DNA of 64,000 bases from Octopus bimaculoides (Eukaryota). The stretch lies in contig NC_068983.1 of assembly GCF_001194135.2 (NCBI RefSeq), positions 8,843,728 through 8,907,727 of the forward strand, read 5' to 3'. The translations under genes and the position numbers were made by a program. Below the pieces are notes generated by a model that had not been told where the DNA came from, searched no databases, and saw nothing but the letters and a program-made list of their open reading frames with translations. Shown one piece after another: positions 1 through 14,297 of this stretch. Positions within the stretch are counted from its first letter, which is position 1. Every line of letters begins with the position of its first letter.

Positions 1-1769
1 TTTATCATAAATTGATTATCTTTTTTGATAAAACACAATTTATTTGCTTATTGGGAAAAGTGGTAATTTAATATGTAATGCGGTCAATAGTTTCGTGAAT
101 GAGATGAGCTTGTCTAAATAGTGACATTCTGTAGAATTGGTTGGTATTGGTGGACAACATCAATAAAGACGCAGGTTCAGGAATTTTCTGAGCATGTCAA
201 CTGGGGTTTCGAATCTGGCGAATTAATGTCAGTACCCGATGCAGACATTATGTCTCTATTCAGTGGCGAAAGGGAACATGCCATCTTCAATCACATTCAT
301 CTCTTCTCTTTCTTTTATTCTCTATACTTTCTCGTTTTCTTTATCTCTTCTCTCTATCCCTTATTATCTCTTCGTTATATGCAGACTATGTGACAACCTG
401 AATAGAGACTTGACAGCGTTTTCTTGTTGTTATCCATAAGATGAGTGAATGGTTATACTGGTTACGTGTACCTTGTATAATAAACTTTGAAAGAAAGTCT
501 TTAGTGCTGTCTTCCGAGACATGAACTTCAGTCTCTCGATCCCCCTCACACACACACACACTATAGTATGGTGACCACATAATCAACAAATAATAAACCT
601 AACGAGGGACTGAAACAAGCCATCTCTTTCGAATCGATCACGCACTATCAATAATTATCGAAAACCGATAAATAAATAAGCAGAAAATAAAACCACTACC
701 TAAAATATAGAAAGTTGACAACGTCAGCGCAAAAAATAAATGTGGCATCAAAGAAACGATATCAATTTATTAAACATATTGTATACATAATAATTTACAC
801 TGAACTAATAAATCCAGAGCTCAAAAGCGTAGGACATCAACAAATTACCAAAAGCTAAGTATAAGTTTTACAACCCCAAATAATCACTCTGAAAGATCAT
901 TCGAAATTCACAATAAACATTCGGCAAAAATTGTAGTCAAAGAGAAAAAAATACATCGAGAGCATTAATGCCGTTTTAAACCGTTATGGAATCATAAAAA
1001 AAATACCTATCATATTCGAAATGGTCTGATTCATACGTAAGCTTCAAGTTAAATCACTTACAAACTAGTTATATCATTTGGCTGTTTTATAATGTGGGTA
1101 GTTCTATGCCTGTATACATATGTGTGTGTGTGTGTCCATGTGTGCGTCGTGTATATTAACATTACGTATGCACGTATACATTATATTAATAAATAACGTT
1201 ATTATTTTTACGAGTAATAATGTTCTTATATACACACACACACACACACACACAGACACACATATAGATAGAGATCTCTTATGGCTCTGCGAGCGAACAA
1301 ATATTTGCTACACTTGCTGCAAACTTACTACCACCCTGATCTTTTTTTCTGTTCAAACACACACACACACACACGTAAAATATAGGGTAGCGAGATTCTT
1401 TTAGAAATTTCACTACCAGTGGCCTACCATATATAAAAAGTCAATAGACAACACATTCTCAATATAAAATAGTGTATATTTAAACACAAGAGAAGCTGCC
1501 ATCAAGAGGCAGCTTTACACACTAGAAGAAGCAGTCAAAAATACCAAAACCACAATTAAGAGGAATTTCGAAATTACTCTTAAAGGTGGTTTTAGTAAGG
1601 CGGTGCTGCAGCATGGCCGCAGTGAAATGACTGAAACAAGAAAAACAATAAAAGGATACGTACATACATACATTCATACATACATACAAACATATATACA
1701 TATATATTCAAACACCATATAGCAATGTAACAAATTTCTGCCTTTTATACAACACCTTTTTCAGTCATT

Positions 1770-1925
1770 CTTCCACTCATTATCCGTCTACGGAATTCAA
1801 TAAGACGGCTTTGGTCAGCGCAGGGCTATAGTAGAAGACATTTTCGCAATAAGCCGTTCTTTAGACCTGATCCAAATCCTACGTGGCTGCAAAGAGAACG
1901 TTTAATCTACATCCATACTTCCTGT
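1770..1925 (-). mobile_element. degenerate tRNA-derived SINE fragment (family A)
   Basis: Reverse-complement similarity to the head and body of the copy at 44560-44937 (ctatagtagaagaca, ttggtc...gggctatag). Confidence 0.55.
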
Positions 1926-2504
1926 ACAAGCAATATCTCACAATCTAAATTATAAAAATATTGTTTCCGCTAAGGTGAAAAATGAACCATTAACTTTAAT
2001 TTTCATATATTAGAACATACGAAAATATGACAGGCAGACATATACGAAACAGTTTGGAATATAATGAATTCTTTCAGATAGTTACCTCGTATCTTGAGGA
2101 TATTAGGGTATCGTATTGTATACAAATTAATAATTTGAAAATGGAGAAAACCTGAACATAATTGTCATATTCTATGTTAGTTCACCTTAAAATAGAATAT
2201 ACGATCTACACCATATATACAACGTTGAATGATTTTAACTAGTTCTTTACACTTTTGCATCTTTTACGTAATCATGAACCTCATACATTCTCCTCCAGAA
2301 CACGTATACGGTATACGTATACATACGTGTTCATGTATATGTAAACATATCTCTCTCTCTCTCTATATATATATATATGTGAATGTGTGTATGTATGTAA
2401 ATGTGTGTATACGGGATTGACATACTCAGGTAAACACCTCCCCTCCGAGTAATTTTTCTAGTAACTGAAAGAATAGCAATCGTATATATATATATATATA
2501 TATA

Positions 2505-2844
<340 letters not shown>

Positions 2845-3683
2845 GTGTATGTATCTGTCTATATGTGTATGTATGTATATTTGTATATAATTTGAATTTA
2901 ATTTTGTTGTATCTGCAGAAAACTGCATTGTCTGATGTGTCCTTTCTCAATAGAAATCAATTGTGAGTTCTCAGGAATTTTCTTCACTTTCTCAAAGTTT
3001 CTGTTCAATGGATGAATCCATTGGAGATCACCCCCCGGTTTTCTGAATAAGGACATCCTTTTGACGTACAGCTGTTTGAATTAAAATTGCTGCAATCTTA
3101 AAAGCAATGAAAAGATTAGGAATTAGAAATTACTATACAATGGACATGAATTAATTTCATCTCTCAAACTTAACATTTAAATTTAATTATTGTGATTCAA
3201 TATCTATACAAAAATTTATATATATACACAGATTCAGTGGGTTTTACTGTGCTAGAACTGCTACCGGGTTTTTAATTGTTTACGAAAGTTAACATTTTAA
3301 ATTGAAATTTCTGGTTAAATAATAAAAGGAAGTATGCTTTTATTCAGTAGCTTCTGTTGTGTTAAAACCGCTACCGGGCTTTGCACTATAAATTTATATA
3401 AGACTAATTATTAGTCGTAACATCTATCAATTTCTCTTTTCCCCACCACTATTCTTTTTACGTCTCCCCACCACACACACGCGCACACACATATCGGTAA
3501 AACCTGGGTATGGTCGTTGCTGTGAATCAATATGCGCCTTTTTTTTTTAAATAGCTGAGTTTGGACGAATTCAAAAAAACAATTGCAGGATTTGTAGTTA
3601 AAACGTGTAAATATGCAAAGATATGCACGACGTATTGGCTCTCTGGGTCAGGTGGTGAAGAACTGACCTGTTCAGGGAGAATT

Positions 3684-3800
3684 CACAAAAAAAAAAGCAG
3701 ACGAAGACAAGTGGTGTAGAAAACAAATAGATGTATTAGTATAACGTTCGAGAATTGAGAAAGTCTTTAACGTTTCGAGCCTACGCTCCAACCGAATACT
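3684..3800 (-). mobile_element. short PLE-terminus-like repeat (family H1) with a degenerate hammerhead-like core
   Basis: Reverse complement matches 21358-21480 (gagcgtaggctcgaaacgttaaagactttctc...). Confidence 0.7.
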
Positions 3801-4167
3801 GCGATAAAAATGCATGTGGAAAAAATGAAGTAAAAAAAAGTAGAGAAGGTGTGGTCAGCGCTAAACCACGATGATAAGGAGGAAATTCTACTAGATCGAA
3901 GCGAATCAAGGTGAGATGCCTAAATTTTCGGAAACATGATGCAAACGAAGAGAGTGTGTATTGATGAATAGTCGACCGAAGATAATGGTGCTGCTCTTAA
4001 CACGGAGCAAACAATCCAAATGTGCTAATTACTTTTCGTACATACTAATCACGTTTGGCTGAAACACAACCATTTGTTATACGCCCTCAGAATTGAAATT
4101 CCAGGTTATGACCCACTATTTCAAATATATTAGATGTGATTGTGTGGCAGTGATGGCATCTCGCGTT

Positions 4168-4200
<33 letters not shown>

Positions 4201-4986
4201 TTCACATAGACAATATGAGTGAATTCTATCTTCTTCTGATGTAGCATGCATTTTTTCTTCACATTATCTGAAATATGATAATTATATATTTGATAATTAT
4301 ATATGTTGTATATTTGCATTGCCAGTTTTAACATGTCAACGCCAGACACACTACTCTTTCCTACATTAACATCACACTACTTTTAGTATAAACATTTCTT
4401 CAGAACAATAAATAACAATTCGTCAGTTACATATATCGTAGCCTCGTGAAGTAATTGCTTAGTCATAGTCATAGTCATTTAATTTATCCATACTTTCGAT
4501 ATATATTTATTTAATTTCGCTGTTAATCTCTTTCACAAGATGTTATTTTATGCCAAAATAAATACTGAATTCGAAACATTTCATTTGTTTTCTGTATTTA
4601 TACGAACGCAGACTTATATATCTCAAGATGGTTATTTTAATATGATACTATTTGTCTGGCGTATAAATGATTTTCATTTGGCCAGTCGGTTAATTGCAAC
4701 ATCAGTTAGATTTCAGCCAATCTTTTCCTCTATTAGTTACGACAGATTTTGTTTTAGCTTGGATACATGTTACTGAGAGAGCAGAAAGAGGCAAAAATGC
4801 GTTTGTAGTATTCTCCCCGCCACTGCTACGCGATTTTGGTCTACAGTTGATATATTTTAGATTTTAAACATACGTTATATTAAATCTGGACGAATACCAT
4901 AGTTAGTTTGCTTTTTCCCGTTGTATCTGCATTATGTATGATACGCATTGACTTGTGAATACCACGGATCGATCTCATTTCTAGAC

Positions 4987-5337
4987 CAGTGTTTCTCAAC
5001 CAGGATCCATATGGCCCCTGAATCTCCTTATACGATTTTTGGGGTCTACGCAACAAAATAATAAATTTGGGATCCACAATAGTATTTTAAGGGCCCCTGA
5101 AAAAATGTTTGCTTTAGATGTATTGGTATTTATTACAAGAAATAACCAGGTTTCTTTCTCTAATAATTTACGTACTCTAACCTATACAAGTTAATGTGTG
5201 TACAAGAAGATAGGAATTTTGAAAGAAGTTTTTTAAAACTAGTTTTTAAACATCGAATGGCTATGGGCGGGGGTCTATCAGAATAAAGTAGTAATCAAAG
5301 GAGTCCATAAATTAAAAAAAATGTTTTAGAACCCTCG
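4987..5337. mobile_element. hAT (Charlie/Buster-type) non-autonomous MITE, 351 bp
   Basis: Left end cagtgtttctcaacc; degenerate right end; 8-bp flanks ttctagac (4979-4986) and ttttagac (5338-5345) match 7/8 and fit the NTCTAGAN target preference. Confidence 0.7.
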
Positions 5338-5534
5338 TTTTAGACGAACCCAGTATATAAGGACTTAGCATTTACGTTTAAAGCAATTTTGACACTTCAT
5401 CGCCTCAAGAATATTAGCAAATGTAGTCGATATTTTTGATTATCCATTTGTTAGGAAGTAAACATACTGCAAGGGAGTCTTTAGCAAGAAGCCTTTAGCA
5501 AGAAATAGCTTTCTATTATAGCACCGAACCAACT

Positions 5535-5850
5535 AATGGCTTCTGAGTGACTTTAGTTGACAGAAAATATATGGAAGCCTGTCATATATATGTGTGTGAG
5601 GTGTGAGTGTTGACTGTTTCTCCCCCTCCCACACCACCACCACACAAACACATACACACTCTAACTCTTGACACCAGGTGCTTTATATATTTATGATACT
5701 TAAAGTTGCGGTTCGGCAAAAGGTATCGATAGAATAAGTGCCTGACTACAAAAATAAGTACTGAGGTCATTTTTGTGAGTAAACTCTTCAAGATGGTGCC
5801 CCAGTATGGCCGTCGTCTAAAGCCTGAAACGCATAATAAAAGCCAAAGAT
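5535..5850 (+). mobile_element. degenerate SINE body and tail (family A)
   Basis: gcggttcggcaaaag..gatagaataagt and ggtgccccagtatggccg..ctgaaac are shared with 44800-44920. Confidence 0.6.
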
Positions 5851-8274
5851 GAAACAAAGATTAAGTTATATAATGCAAATAGAATCATTACACTCCTACT
5901 TTCTTATAAGCAACACAGATCACGTAATTGTTCGTTTCTTATACTCTACAGCCGGATAGCCTTGACGGTCCCAATTCCAATCACACGTCTATTTGACTGA
6001 TAAACGTCAACCGATATCCCACGCATTGTATTTGGAGCGTAACGCTAATTTATCTCTGATTATCATTTGAAGCTGTAAGACGCTTGGAGTATGCCTTATG
6101 TCAAATTACACTTCACATATCTTGACAAGAAGGTACTATATTCAAAATAGAATGGCCATAACCACGAATATATATTTACCAACGTAGAACATTTCATCAT
6201 TTCTTGTGAATCTCGCGATGCTTCGCCCTCAATGTCAATACAAATACTTCGCTCAAATGCCATACAGCATGTCGTAACCCACTTGTGGATTTATTTCCCT
6301 GAAAATGTTTACCCGTCTGATCATCCTGCAAAATTTCAAGCAGAATAATAACTGCAAAGTAATTGCTACATGCTGATAAAAAGCATTTAGTAAAGTTATT
6401 CGATATAAACATTCTAATTATTCGTCTCTAATCTGACGACGATTCGAAAGGCTTTCATGGGAATTGATCTTTCAACCCGTACGTAAATGATGGCAAACTC
6501 GATAGTGGAAACTGTAAACATGCAACAAGCTGACTCCTATAATGTTGTAGTTGCCCAGATGTGAAATGATAATAATAAAAATAGCATACATTAAATCCGC
6601 CCAGAACATTATAATTACCAGAAAATCTCTTTTATAAATATCTGGACTTTTGCCTATGTATGTAATCGATAATGCTCATATCGAATATATGTATCTGAAT
6701 CTTTCGCCCAGGAAGAAAGCACGCAATTCTCCTGCTGCTTTAATATATCTTCTCTCATTTTATTTTTATTCAGAAATATATAATATCGACCTTCTATCAA
6801 GCGGCAATCTACTAGCTGCTGGCTTAAGTAAGATTTAATGCAAAAGCCGAATGAATTTACTCATAACAGAGAACTAACGTATTTCGTGTTAAGAATGCAT
6901 GCGAAATAAATGTGAATATTATAAATTATGATTGACTATTATAGAGAATTTATTATATCAGGCTTTGAAATCGAGGCGTTGCGTGATTTCTTTGAATATG
7001 TTGAGACCTCTACAGTGTGCAAACAATAATTCCATCATTTTCGACAGCAGCGAATATAGTTACAACGATATGTTTCATATAAGAATGTTATGTGATCCAT
7101 ACACGGAAAAGAACAAAGTAGATGATATGTCACGTTCCTCAGTAACCCTCTTAAGTTATTTAATCCATCAGCCTAATGTTAATCTACCACCCCCGTTTTG
7201 GTGCGATTATAGGAAAAAACAAAATCTATATAATGAATATATCCAACGGTAAATGTGCAGTGGGAACTGCTTATAAAATGATACACGCAAACAGGGATAC
7301 AGAATCTCAAAGGCAAATACAAAGAACAACTATGTATTAAAACAGCAAGAGGTCAACGATGAAGTACAACAGGGCAGGTAAAAACTGTAGGATGTTTAAA
7401 CTGATGAAGGTCTGTATGTATTTTATAGGTATGCAATTTCGATAGAAAGGGAAACGAACAGTTTTTCCCGCATTAAATAGCTAATAATGTGAATCAAAGA
7501 CATCGATATCGGTATATATTAAAAGAGAAGCTGAATATGCAGGTGAAGAGAAGAAAATCAATACCTCTAAATGGAGAAAGGCTTCACTGAACCCTGAGGA
7601 TAGAGCGAAGCATAGTTTCTACATAGTTTCCTGTTTCATCGAATATAACGCTAATGTTTAGGGCAGATATTTATTTCTATTCACGTCTTAGTAATGGAAC
7701 GAGAAATTATTGATTTGCCGCCCCATTTAATCACTTTCAAAGAAGGCAGTTAATAAAAAGAATAATATATAAGAAGAAGAAAAAAAACAATAAAAAAAAA
7801 CGAACGAAAACAAATCTTTTTCATCTGCTGAATAACTTCGAATACGCTGAAGAACAAGTAGGGTTAGTAATTAAATATAAGCATAAATGCCTGTAATAAA
7901 GAAATTAATACTGAAGCGAGATGATTGCGCAAGTTTTATTTTTTGCTGCCTTAACGATCAGTACAAGCGTTAGAAGTGTCATGCCAAGTAAATAAAGGGG
8001 GGAAAAAATCTTCATGTTTTCTTTTTTTGCATTTGATACAATGGATGTTGGTTTCCTTCCACTGCAAATATTGGCTGATGCTGTTTAGCTCCAGATAGAC
8101 CTTGATCCAAAAGATCAGTGATCAAAAGCACCACTAACCGTGGCGTGGCCATCCTCTCATTTTCTTTTGCTCCCAACATCATCGTCATCACACTGTCATC
8201 ATCAATAACGCCGTCGTCGCTGACATTCAGCACCCATTGTCGATGCCACCATGGATTGGGCAATTCGACAATCA

Positions 8275-8334
<60 letters not shown>

Positions 8335-8337
<3 letters not shown>

Positions 8338-8403
8338 TAAGTAGATTGCTTACCAACCACATGGTCCCAGGTTCAGTCCCACTGCGTGGAATCTTTGGCA
8401 AAT
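8335..8403 (+). mobile_element. SINE head (family A), truncated by an assembly gap
   Basis: gcttaccaaccacatggtcccaggttcagtcccactgcgtgg is nearly identical to 44577-44620. Confidence 0.75.
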
Positions 8404-8808
8404 NNNNNNNNNNNNNNNNNNNNNNNNNNNNNNNNNNNNNNNNNNNNNNNNNNNNNNNNNNNNNNNNNNNNNNNNNNNNNNNNNNNNNNNNNNNNNNNNN
8501 NNNNNNNNNNNNNNNNNNNNNNNNNNNNNNNNNNNNNNNNNNNNNNNNNNNNNNNNNNNNNNNNNNNNNNNNNNNNNNNNNNNNNNNNNNNNNNNNNNNN
8601 NNNNNNNNNNNNNNNNNNNNNNNNNNNNNNNNNNNNNNNNNNNNNNNNNNNNNNNNNNNNNNNNNNNNNNNNNNNNNNNNNNNNNNNNNNNNNNNNNNNN
8701 NNNNNNNNNNNNNNNNNNNNNNNNNNNNNNNNNNNNNNNNNNNNNNNNNNNNNNNNNNNNNNNNNNNNNNNNNNNNNNNNNNNNNNNNNNNNNNNNNNNN
8801 NNNNNNNN

Positions 8809-8841
<33 letters not shown>

Positions 8842-9538
8842 AAAGCTATTATCAATTTCCTAAGATTTGTAAATCGAATGGTTTGAATGTGTTTAACGTT
8901 AACTTCTATTTCTAGCACGTCCAGCAATGTAATATTTTATTTTTAAGCTGCTAGATTAAAAAAACAAAGCGCCCTATATATCTACCGTTACGATTGAAGC
9001 GTTGTTATACACTCATAAAATCTGAATCAGTGCAACGAAAGAAATATACGCTATTATCATAAGAAGTATGCACACATGCGTTGGATATACGATGTCGGTT
9101 ATCTGTGCTTGACTTAACTTGGCATGGAATATCAACTCAATTTCCACCAGTCACGAAGTTAAGAGGCTTAACTGCTCCTATGAGGATATTGATGATTATG
9201 AATAATCAAGTGATATGTGTATAGGCTTGTGTATGTTCGTGTGTTGTGCGCGCGCGTATGTTGTGTGCATATGTATAAGTATATACGCATATCTGTGTAT
9301 ATAGACCTTCACACGAAAATATACAAATTATATGTATTTGTATGTATATGTGTGTATGTTCACGTGCGCATATCTATTTATCCATCTGTCTATCAATCTA
9401 ACTACCTATCTCTCTTTGGCTCTTTTCCTCCCCCACCCTCTCTCTCTCGATATACATGTGTGTGTGTGTGTGTGTGTGTGTATTTGTGTGTGTACATATT
9501 TTATTGTATATTTATACTCACACAAATATATATTTATG

Positions 9539-9570
<32 letters not shown>

Positions 9571-9822
9571 CGTGTGTGATACGCACATACACGTGTGTAT
9601 TTATGTTTGGCTGCAGATGCGCGTGCATGTAGATATTGCAGGGAATGATGTATTCATGCTTTCGTGATCGTTACGTAGTGCCAAATATTACTTGTATTGA
9701 TCATTGTTTCCAGCTCTGAATACACCATCCTTGTAGAGACTACAATTTGTCCTTTCTACAGAAATCTGGTAGTATACGAAATACGGCACATTTAGCTGTT
9801 ATTTCCAGCAGGTCTAATAACA

Positions 9823-10075
9823 ATTTACATTATTTACATTCAACGGATATTTGTCCTCATCTTGTTTGTTGTTAACACAACGTTTCAGCTGATATACCTT
9901 CCAGCCTTCTTCAGGTGTCTTGGGGAAATTTCGAACCTGGGTTCTCATTCCGAAGTTATTTTTCGAGGTTATTATTATTATTATCCTTATTTTTATTATT
10001 GTTCAGGTCACTGCTTGGAATCGAACTCGGAATCTTGGGGTTAGTAGCTCGCGCTCTTAACCACTATGCCAATTT
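9823..10075 (-). mobile_element. tRNA-headed SINE-like element whose 3' half carries a minimal type-I hammerhead-like motif
   Basis: Minus strand: A box TGGCATAGTGG (10061-10071), B box GAGTTCGATTCC (10017-10028), a (TAA)-rich spacer, the hammerhead-like fold at 9874-9919, and an end of aatgtaaat x2. Confidence 0.75.
9874..9919 (-). ncRNA. candidate minimal type-I hammerhead ribozyme
   Basis: GACAC-CUGAAGA-A-GGCUG(gaagguauau)CAGCU-GAA-ACGU-U-GUGUU: stem I 5 bp, stem II 5 bp, palindromic ACGU replacing helix III. Activity untested. Confidence 0.6.
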
Positions 10076-10477
10076 GTTGTCCAGGACACCAGTTGTCCCG
10101 AAATGCGTCGAGATTGCTCAAATAATTCTTCAAATTGTGCTTTTTGATTAAGTGCGAGCGTGTGTGTATGTGTGTATGAGGGGGTACACGCATACATGTA
10201 TCTATTTTTGATATGTATACATGTGTACACATATATACGTATGAATGGATGCATTTTCATTGCTACGTACAAGGTGTATTTGAGCCGTTTTGGCTCTGTT
10301 TGTAGTGGCAGTTATAAACATATACCAGATTGTTGTAAATTCAGTATATCATTATTATTATATAGCTAATAAGTTGACCAGCCAAGTTTTTTTTTCTTTT
10401 TAAAATTCTAGATTGAAGGAAACAACATATGAGCACACCCAATTAAACGCTGCTTGTCACAGCTGGCTAGGTGCAGA

Positions 10478-11080
10478 ATGAAGTTGAGACGTGATGACAG
10501 TTTGGACGTTCGCTGTGCAATAAAAGTTTTTGTTAAAACGGGCAAAAACTTTATAAAAGCATATGAAATGCTCCAGACTGCTTATCGATTTACTTGTATG
10601 AGCCGGGCATCTCGTTTTAATTGTAAGAGTGCACCGTGAAGCTCATGATGATTCACTTTTTAATGAGCAAGGGCATTATCTACATCCCCATGGATTCCCT
10701 CTGGTCATACAGTCAACAAGAAGCACTTTGCGAACGTTCTAAAGGTGTTAAGGAGGTAATTTTGTCATAAAAGGCCAAAAATCCTCCACCGAATCAATTC
10801 AGAACTCCACATCATTATCCTGGTAACTAACTACTCGACCGAAATGTTCATCAGGTCTGTCGTTCACGTTTCCTACAATCAAGGACTCCATTCCTGTGAC
10901 ATTTTGCTGTTTCTCAAGGTGAAGGGGAAGACGAAAGAGACTGTGAAATGGGTCCTGGACACAGTGACCATTATTATATGGGGCCTTCACAAAATGGGTG
11001 GAGAATTACAACAAATGCACTGAAATCAAAGGATCGTACTCATGAGAAAATGTCTGAAACTTTCTGGAATCTAGTTTATA
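10478..11080 (+). mobile_element. internally deleted, decayed mariner transposase
   Basis: N-terminal MKLRRDDSLDVRCAIKVFVKTGK...AYEMLQTAY; mid KGIIYIPWIPSGHTVNKK; HVSYNQGLHSCDILLFLKVK (equivalent to HPPYSPDLAPCDF.LF.KLK) at about 10865-10925; stops and frameshifts present. Confidence 0.75.
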
Positions 11081-11204
11081 TATCTATATGTCTATCTATC
11101 AATATATACACCTATAAATACATATACAGGCATAGTTAGATGTGTTCATACATACATGCATACACACACACATACATATACAAGCATACATACATATGTG
11201 TGTG

Positions 11205-11239
<35 letters not shown>

Positions 11240-13609
11240 ATATTTATACATATATATTATATACACAATTTGAGGATGCAATTTTTCTGTAAGGGATTGT
11301 TAATAACAATCCTGATACCAACTGGCTTTATCAAGTGTATTGAAAGAAAGTTCCTGACTATATATGTATAAACAACCTCATAAATTACAAATTCAATAAA
11401 AGAAAGTGTAGAGGAAAAAATATAATAGATGCTTGGTTCATTTTATTCGTATTACAATGGAAAAGTAATGCAAAGTAAAGAAAAAAAGATACCCATAAGA
11501 ATATGTATGAAAGGAAACGGATGAACAAAACCCCAAAATATCCGAAAAAATCCTATACATGTTTCAGTCTGACAGTATGTATGTTTAAATCATCAACATT
11601 CTAACTGTTACAGATGTAATAAACGATATATTGCTGCATATCTTCAGGGATTGAAACAATTTGCGGGAGTTTTTTTCGGATTGTTTCCTTTCATTAACTT
11701 TTTATATGACATAAATCACACACACACACACACACATATATATAATTTATATATACGTTAATGAATTTGCATCATTTTATTTAATAATAAGTGAATTACA
11801 TACCTGTATTATTTTGAAGTATTTTTTTCATTGTGCATACTTTATATATATATATATATATATNNNNNNNNNNNNNNNNNNNNNNNNTATATATTAGTGT
11901 ATATACGTGTGTGTGCGTTTATATGCAAATACTAAGTTCCATAGAATCTAATGAAACGCAGCAAAAAAAAATCGATGCAGTAACAAATATACGCATGAAA
12001 AATTTCAGAAACTGGTATAAATTGATATCTTTAAAGGAATAGGAAGGCTCTGCGACAAATCAGGAACCGACTGCTTCATCAGAGCCTACCTCAATGCTTG
12101 TCAGCAACGTCAGACTTCTTGACCTAACCTTATTCTTCTTTTTTCTACTCACTCTTGACATACTAATTTATTTCCCATTTACATTGTGGAAGGCCTACTT
12201 ACAAGATGCTTAATACAAATTAAGGATTGACCTAATGGCGTTTTTATGAGCAAAAAATTACTTGCTGTGAAGGTAATCATATTTTTCTAGAACAGTGAGG
12301 TTACTTGGATTGAAATATTTTGCGTTTTAATTTTGACTCTTTCTTTTTTATTTTTTCATTTGCTCTGCTGTTGTTTGAGAATACGGAAAATAATCATTTC
12401 AATTGTACAAATGCCAAAAAGAAAAAAAGAAGATCAATCAAAAAAAGAATCATCTTGATTAATTAGTTAATTGAACGTAATATAATTAAATAATATAAAA
12501 AATTACTCATATTGCATTTTTACATAATTACAATACTAAATGTAATCATGTAAATAATTATAGTAAAAATCACAATAGACTTTTTTTAAACAATAATTGT
12601 ATTTTTCAACTAATAAGTTTCAATCCCACATTACAATCCAATAATTGAATTGTTTATTACATTATTTACATTTTCTTCACAGAACACAGAATTTCGTAAG
12701 TTGAAGACATCCACCAGACGCAAACGGGAAACGTCATTTGTTAACAAACATCAGTTTGTTTTTGAAGCGTTGAAATGTATTATAGGACAAGTTAAAAGAT
12801 ATATTTTCAACGGATAAATACTGAACAGTATCTTTATACGATAAAATCCTTTTAAGAGCACATTTTTTCTGCTCTTAAAGGAGTTTATCTTATATATATA
12901 GAGTACAATATTTACGTGTTGAAAATATATCTTTCTAGTTGTTCTACAAAAGGGAAATTTTGCATCACGCAACGTCTCAAATATATTAAGCACTCGAAGC
13001 AAGTGATGAGAAAGAAAGATAAATAAAACGCCAGGGAGGAAACAAATATTGAGTAACATACCAACCAAATGGCCTTCAGTTGGAACCTTATCACCGTAAA
13101 TATAGAAACGAAACGTGCAATACTTTTTAGCGAGATGTGTATCTAAAAGATGAGTGAACTTTCAACCAGGGAATGCTTTGTGTTGTATGTCTTCTGGATT
13201 CAGGCTGATTTGTTACTAAATAATAGCAACAGCTAATTAATGGTCTTTTCATTAAACGGAAGGCTGTCTACAGTTTGATAATTCAAATGAACAGGCAAGT
13301 TATAAGAATTTTATATTAAATTAAATAAAGAAATTTGAGCTCTGGGAAATAACTCAAAGCGGCCAATGGCAGGGACTTATTACGATAAATATTGAATACA
13401 TACATGCTTTCATACATACACAGATGCAATATACATACGTACATGCACACACACGTGCACACACAAAGAAAATGACCATCTCGAAATATAACATTATCTC
13501 CTTCAGCATGCGGTTTCACATCAGGAATCTTGCAAAACAAATTCATAAGCGCGCGCGCACACACACAGACACACAGACAGACACATTTATATATGTGTAT
13601 GTGCGTGTG

Positions 13610-13649
<40 letters not shown>

Positions 13650-13880
13650 CGTGTGTGCGTGTGTGCGTGCGTGTATTTGCGCGCGCACTTTCATACGTGT
13701 GTATGTCTGTGTGTGTGAATACATGTGTGTTTCTATAAATTGGACATCCAAAATTTTAAACTGAAATTTTCCTCTTAAAATAATTGCAGTATTCGTTAGT
13801 TGACCAATACAAAAGGTGGAGATGATTTCCTTAAATTAAGTTCTAATTTGAGAGATCATATTTTCATGCTATACAATTAT

Positions 13881-13887
<7 letters not shown>

Positions 13888-13950
<63 letters not shown>

Positions 13951-14000
13951 NNNNNNNNNNNNNNNNNNNNNNNNNNNNNNNNNNNNNNNNNNNNNNNNNN

Positions 14001-14055
<55 letters not shown>
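13888..14055. repeat. (GA)n microsatellite split by a gap
   Basis: Pure GA run on both sides of the N-gap 13951-14000. Confidence 0.95.
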
Positions 14056-14060
<5 letters not shown>

Positions 14061-14297
14061 TGTTTTACTAAAGTTCAAAAGTTGATCTTGATGAACATCG
14101 AAACTTCAGCCAGATATATGTAGTAGTAGCACTTCGGTGATTCGTTTTGTATCATATGCAATATGGTTCCTTTGGAAGCATTGCATAGATGTGCCCTGTA
14201 TTTTTCTTTAACTTGCCGAACCTTGAGTTATGGACACTGGCCATTTTCTTCGTAGACTTTCCGAAACGGTTGGATTATCTCTGTTACCATGTTCCTT

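Noticed and set aside
2919-2962. 44-nt candidate exon (also 18583-18678 and 19364-19404)
   Set aside because: The splice signals are plausible, but the peptides are unrecognisable and such pseudo-exons are expected by chance in 64 kb of AT-rich DNA.
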